Source: Azolla caroliniana
Lineage: Eukaryota > Plantae > Polypodiophyta
Direction: 5' to 3'
Assembly: GCA_043228905.1 (NCBI GenBank)
Contig: JBHGNT010000009.1
Location: 11,160,001 to 11,224,000 of the forward strand
Length of the DNA stretch: 64,000 bases
Below, piece after piece: positions 60,092 to 64,000 of the stretch. The notes below the pieces were generated by a model. That model was not told where the DNA came from, did no database searches, and was given only the letters and a program-made list of their open reading frames with translations. The stretch's first letter is position 1; the number at the start of each line of letters is the position of its first letter. A program made the translations under genes and the position numbers.

Positions 60092-63000
60092 GTCTTACAT
60101 ACTCCCTTCCTCTTAGTACTAATCCTCATAGTACTTTCCTTCTCTAGTACTAATTCTCTCTCAATTTTTAGTATTATTCCTCACAGTTTAAACTGAATTG
60201 AGTCATCCTCTTATCCCTCCTTCCCTTCATATCAATCCTCTTATCCTCCCTAGAAAATGGCAATTGTTAGCGCTCAAGAATACCAATCAGTTTTCTCGGA
60301 GCTCCAACGCTTAAAAGAGAAGTTTGTAGCACTAGAACAAGAAAATCACCGTCTGTTGGGGGATCTTGAACAAATAGATCTAGAAAAACAACAACAACAA
60401 CGGGAGCTGACGTTATGTGTGCAACAACTTGAAGCAACTATTGTATTATTACAACAACAAGGATCAAGCGCTCAAGCAACTCACAAAGAACCCAAGATTG
60501 GTCTTCCTATGAAATTTAATGGGACCCGATCACAGTTTATAGGTTTTCTTAATTAGGTACGTTTAGTGATTCAAATGCATCCTTCTCGATATGCGACTAA
60601 TGCATCACGAGTGGGACTAGTAGGAACAATACTTAGTGGCACGACTTTGGCATGGTTCGTTCCTCTGTTAGAAAAAAGCTCCCTTGTTAAATAATTTTGA
60701 AGAGTTTATTTCCGAGTTTAAAGCCTGTTTTGGAGATACCAGCAACGTTAGGATGGCAATCAACAAAATCTGAAGATTGCGCCAGGGTGATCGGCCAACC
60801 TCAGCTTATGCTACGGATTTCCTTCTTCTCACCACCGATATTCACTAGGATGACGAGGCATTACAGGAGCAATTTCGTTATGGCCTACGTAATGATGTCA
60901 AGGATTTACTCTTGACTTTCCCCGAAGAGCCAAAGTCATTGATAGAAGCAATTAGTTGCCTGGTATGATGCGATAACCGCCTTTTCGAATGACGTTCAGA
61001 ACGTTAGTTCCAGATGCCAAGGACAAGATCAGATCCCACCTATGCCTTAGTTGTAACAAAACCTTTTCCAAGGGAGTCATATAATGTGTCTCAAGCAAAT
61101 ACTCCAACTCCGATGGAAATCGACACCACACGTTGTCACAGACCATTATCAGAAGACGAAAAGCAACGATGCCGAGCAAATCAACTATGTCATTATTGTG
61201 GTGGACCGGGGCATATTGTAGTGAATTGTCCCCATAGGCCAAGAAGACAGGTAAACCAAATAGTCACTAGTACAAATTGTACTAAACTCGAGTCTATTTC
61301 AGTAGGAATATCTGATAGTCCTAATAGTACTAATAGCCCAAGTCTATCGAAAAAATTTGATGTCCTTAATCAGTTAGAAGAAGAGTTAAACGACTAAGTC
61401 CAGCCAAAAAAGGAGTCGTTTGGTTGGACAGCCCTAGATCTGTGCAACCTATTAGTGGTTGCATTCCCTCTAAGCAAGTTAGCAATGTGTTCTTAGCTCA
61501 AGTAACAATTAGAACTAAAAGTACCCCTCCAATACATATCTTAACACTCTTAGATTCCGGAGCTAATTCTTGCTTGATGGATACAAATTTTGCGCAAGCT
61601 CATTAGATATCTTTAAGAAAACTTCCTTGCCCAACATCTGTAGTAGTAATTGATGGTCGTCCCATTGCTTCTGGAAATATCATAGAAGAGTCAGAGCCAA
61701 TTAGTATTGTCCTAGATAATTTGGCATGTGTGGTATCATTTAATATAATTAGTAACCCAGAACATCCCATTGTTTTGGGGTTACCATGGTTCGAATTACA
61801 CAATCCGGACATAGATTGGAGAACAAGAGAAATCATGTATCGACAACCCCATGAATCTACGCATAAGGTTTCAACCATTTCGCTACATCAACTGTGTGGG
61901 GAAGGACGCACGGAATCAATTTTTGTATTCGCAGTATCAGTGAAACTTCCAACACCGCTGAGTCAACAATTCACCTTCAAAAAAGTATCATCATTACGCC
62001 GACATTTTTGATAAGGTAAAAGCTAGTACTCTTCCGCATTATCAACCTTATGATTGTCCCATTGATTTACAACCAGGAGAAGAGCCACCATGGGGACCAA
62101 TCTACAAGTTGTCACCATCAGAGCTTGAAGTTCTTCGAGCTTACATAGAAGAAAATTTTGCAAACGAGTTCATTCGACATTCGAAATCTCCAGCCGGTGC
62201 ACCCATTTTCTTCGTCAAGAAAAAAGATGGCTCACTTCATCTAGTCGTGGATTACTGTGGCTTGAATAAGGTCACCATCAGGAATAGGTATGCACTTCCC
62301 TTGACCTCGAGTCTTTTAGAAAGGGTTAATGGCAACAAGTTTTTCACAAAAATCGACTTACGAGGAGCATATAACCTTGTACGAATTCAACCAGGGGATG
62401 AATGGAAGACAACTTTCCGCACCCGATATGGGCACTTCGAGTATACGGTTATGCCATTCGGCCTTACCAATGCAGCAACAATCCTCCAGCAAATGGCAAA
62501 TGATATAGTCCGAGATCTTTTGGATGTCTGTTTAATCATCTACTTGGATGATCTGCTAGTTTATTCAAAGACACAGGAGGACCATGATTCTAATGTACTA
62601 TTAGTACGAAGACGACTACGAGAACATGTTCTTTATGCAAAGCTAGAGAAGTGTAGTTTTGATTGTAGCCAAGTGGAATTTCTCGGCTATGTCATTTCCT
62701 CAGAAGGTATTTCTATGGATCCGGCTAAAGTCCAAACTGTGCTAGAGTGGCAGACTCCACGTTCGTTGCGAGATGTGCAATGCTTTCTAGGATTCGCAAA
62801 CTTCTATTGCAAGTTTATACAAGACTACTCAAATCTTATTTTGCCGCTCACACAGCTTACAAAAAAGGGTCAATCATTTGTTTAGTCTAAGGAAGCGGAC
62901 ACGGATTTTGAGGGTCTCAAGAAGGCATTTACATCAGCTCCTGTTTTAGCTCATGTTGATGCGCAAAAACCATTTATCATGGAGGCAGACGCGTCAGATT

Positions 63001-64000
63001 TCTCCCTAGGTAGTATTTTATCACAACAAGGCGACGATGAGAAGCTACATCCCTTGGTGTTTCACTCCTGCAAATTTAACGTCACCGAAATCAACTACGA
63101 GATACATGACAAGGAGCTATTAGCAATAGTGGACTCTTTTGCACAATGGAGGCATTTTTTAGAAGGATCTCCTCATCAAGTCACTATATTCAGTGATCAC
63201 AAGAATCTTGCCTACTTTCAGAATGGATCCGGCTTCCAAACTGTGCTAGAGTGGCAGACTCCACATTCGTTGCGAGATGTGCAATGCTTTCTAGGATTCG
63301 CAAACTTCTATCGCAAGTTTATACAAGACTACTCAAATCTTATTTTGCCGCTCACACAGCTTACAAAAAAGGGTCAATCATTTGTTTAGTCTAAGGAAGC
63401 GGAAACGGATTTTGAGGGTCTCAAGAAGGCATTTACATCAGCTCCTGTTTTAGCTCATGTTGATGCGCAAAAACCATTTATCATGGAGGCAGACGCGTCA
63501 GATTTCTCCCTAGGTAGTATTTTATCACAACAAGGCGACGATGAGAAGCTACATCCCTTGGTGTTTCACTCCTACAAATTTAACGCCACCGAAATCAACT
63601 ACGAGATACATGACAAGGAGCTATTAGCAATAGTGGACTCTTTTGCACAATAGAGGCATTTTTTAGAAGGATCTCCTCATCAAGTCACTGTATTCAGTGA
63701 TCACAAGAATCTTGCCTACTTTCAGAATGCTCGCGTGTTAAATAGACGACAAGCTCGGTGGGCCCAATTCCTCACTCATTTTGATTTTAAGATTACATAT
63801 CATCCGGGCAAGCAACAGGGGAAGACAGATGCATTATCACGACGCTCGTATCTAGCTCCTCGTCCCGGTGATCCGGCCTTCGACAATCAAAAGCAAGTAA
63901 TCCTGGGACCGGCACGACTTCAAGCAACGTGGGTCCACGCCATTGGATTCCTGCATTATCGATACCATACGTGAAGATTTGAAGATGGATGTTTTCGCTC
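59776..64000 (+). mobile_element. Second Tcn1-like chromovirus, degenerate, running off the window
   Basis: 5' LTR TGTCAC...CTCACA 59776-60185 containing a (CT)n tract; gag from 60257 homologous to 55838-56965; LLDSGA, YLDD, EADASD; many stops. Confidence 0.92.

Overview
Nuclear DNA of a land plant, most likely a fern or another seed-free lineage (inferred from plastid-derived inserts with unedited ACG starts and from Tcn1-like chromoviruses). There is one intact host gene, a 20-exon PX/PH-type phospholipase D zeta (4357-33443, +, 1084 aa by my exon assembly), whose introns are inflated by LINE, Copia, Gypsy and hAT debris and by two plastid DNA inserts. One insert (about 27.7-29.7 kb) is a patchwork of 30-70 bp shards from across the plastome that splits a LINE. 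The rest of the window is mostly LTR retrotransposons: a degenerate full-length Copia, a very young Copia inserted in the YLDD motif of a chromovirus, and a second chromovirus running off the end. Both chromoviruses lack a tRNA PBS and show signatures of self-priming (with a compensatory base-pair change) and of a -1 frameshift (GTTAAAC plus an 11-bp stem). All identifications are by eye from remembered motifs; no searches were run.
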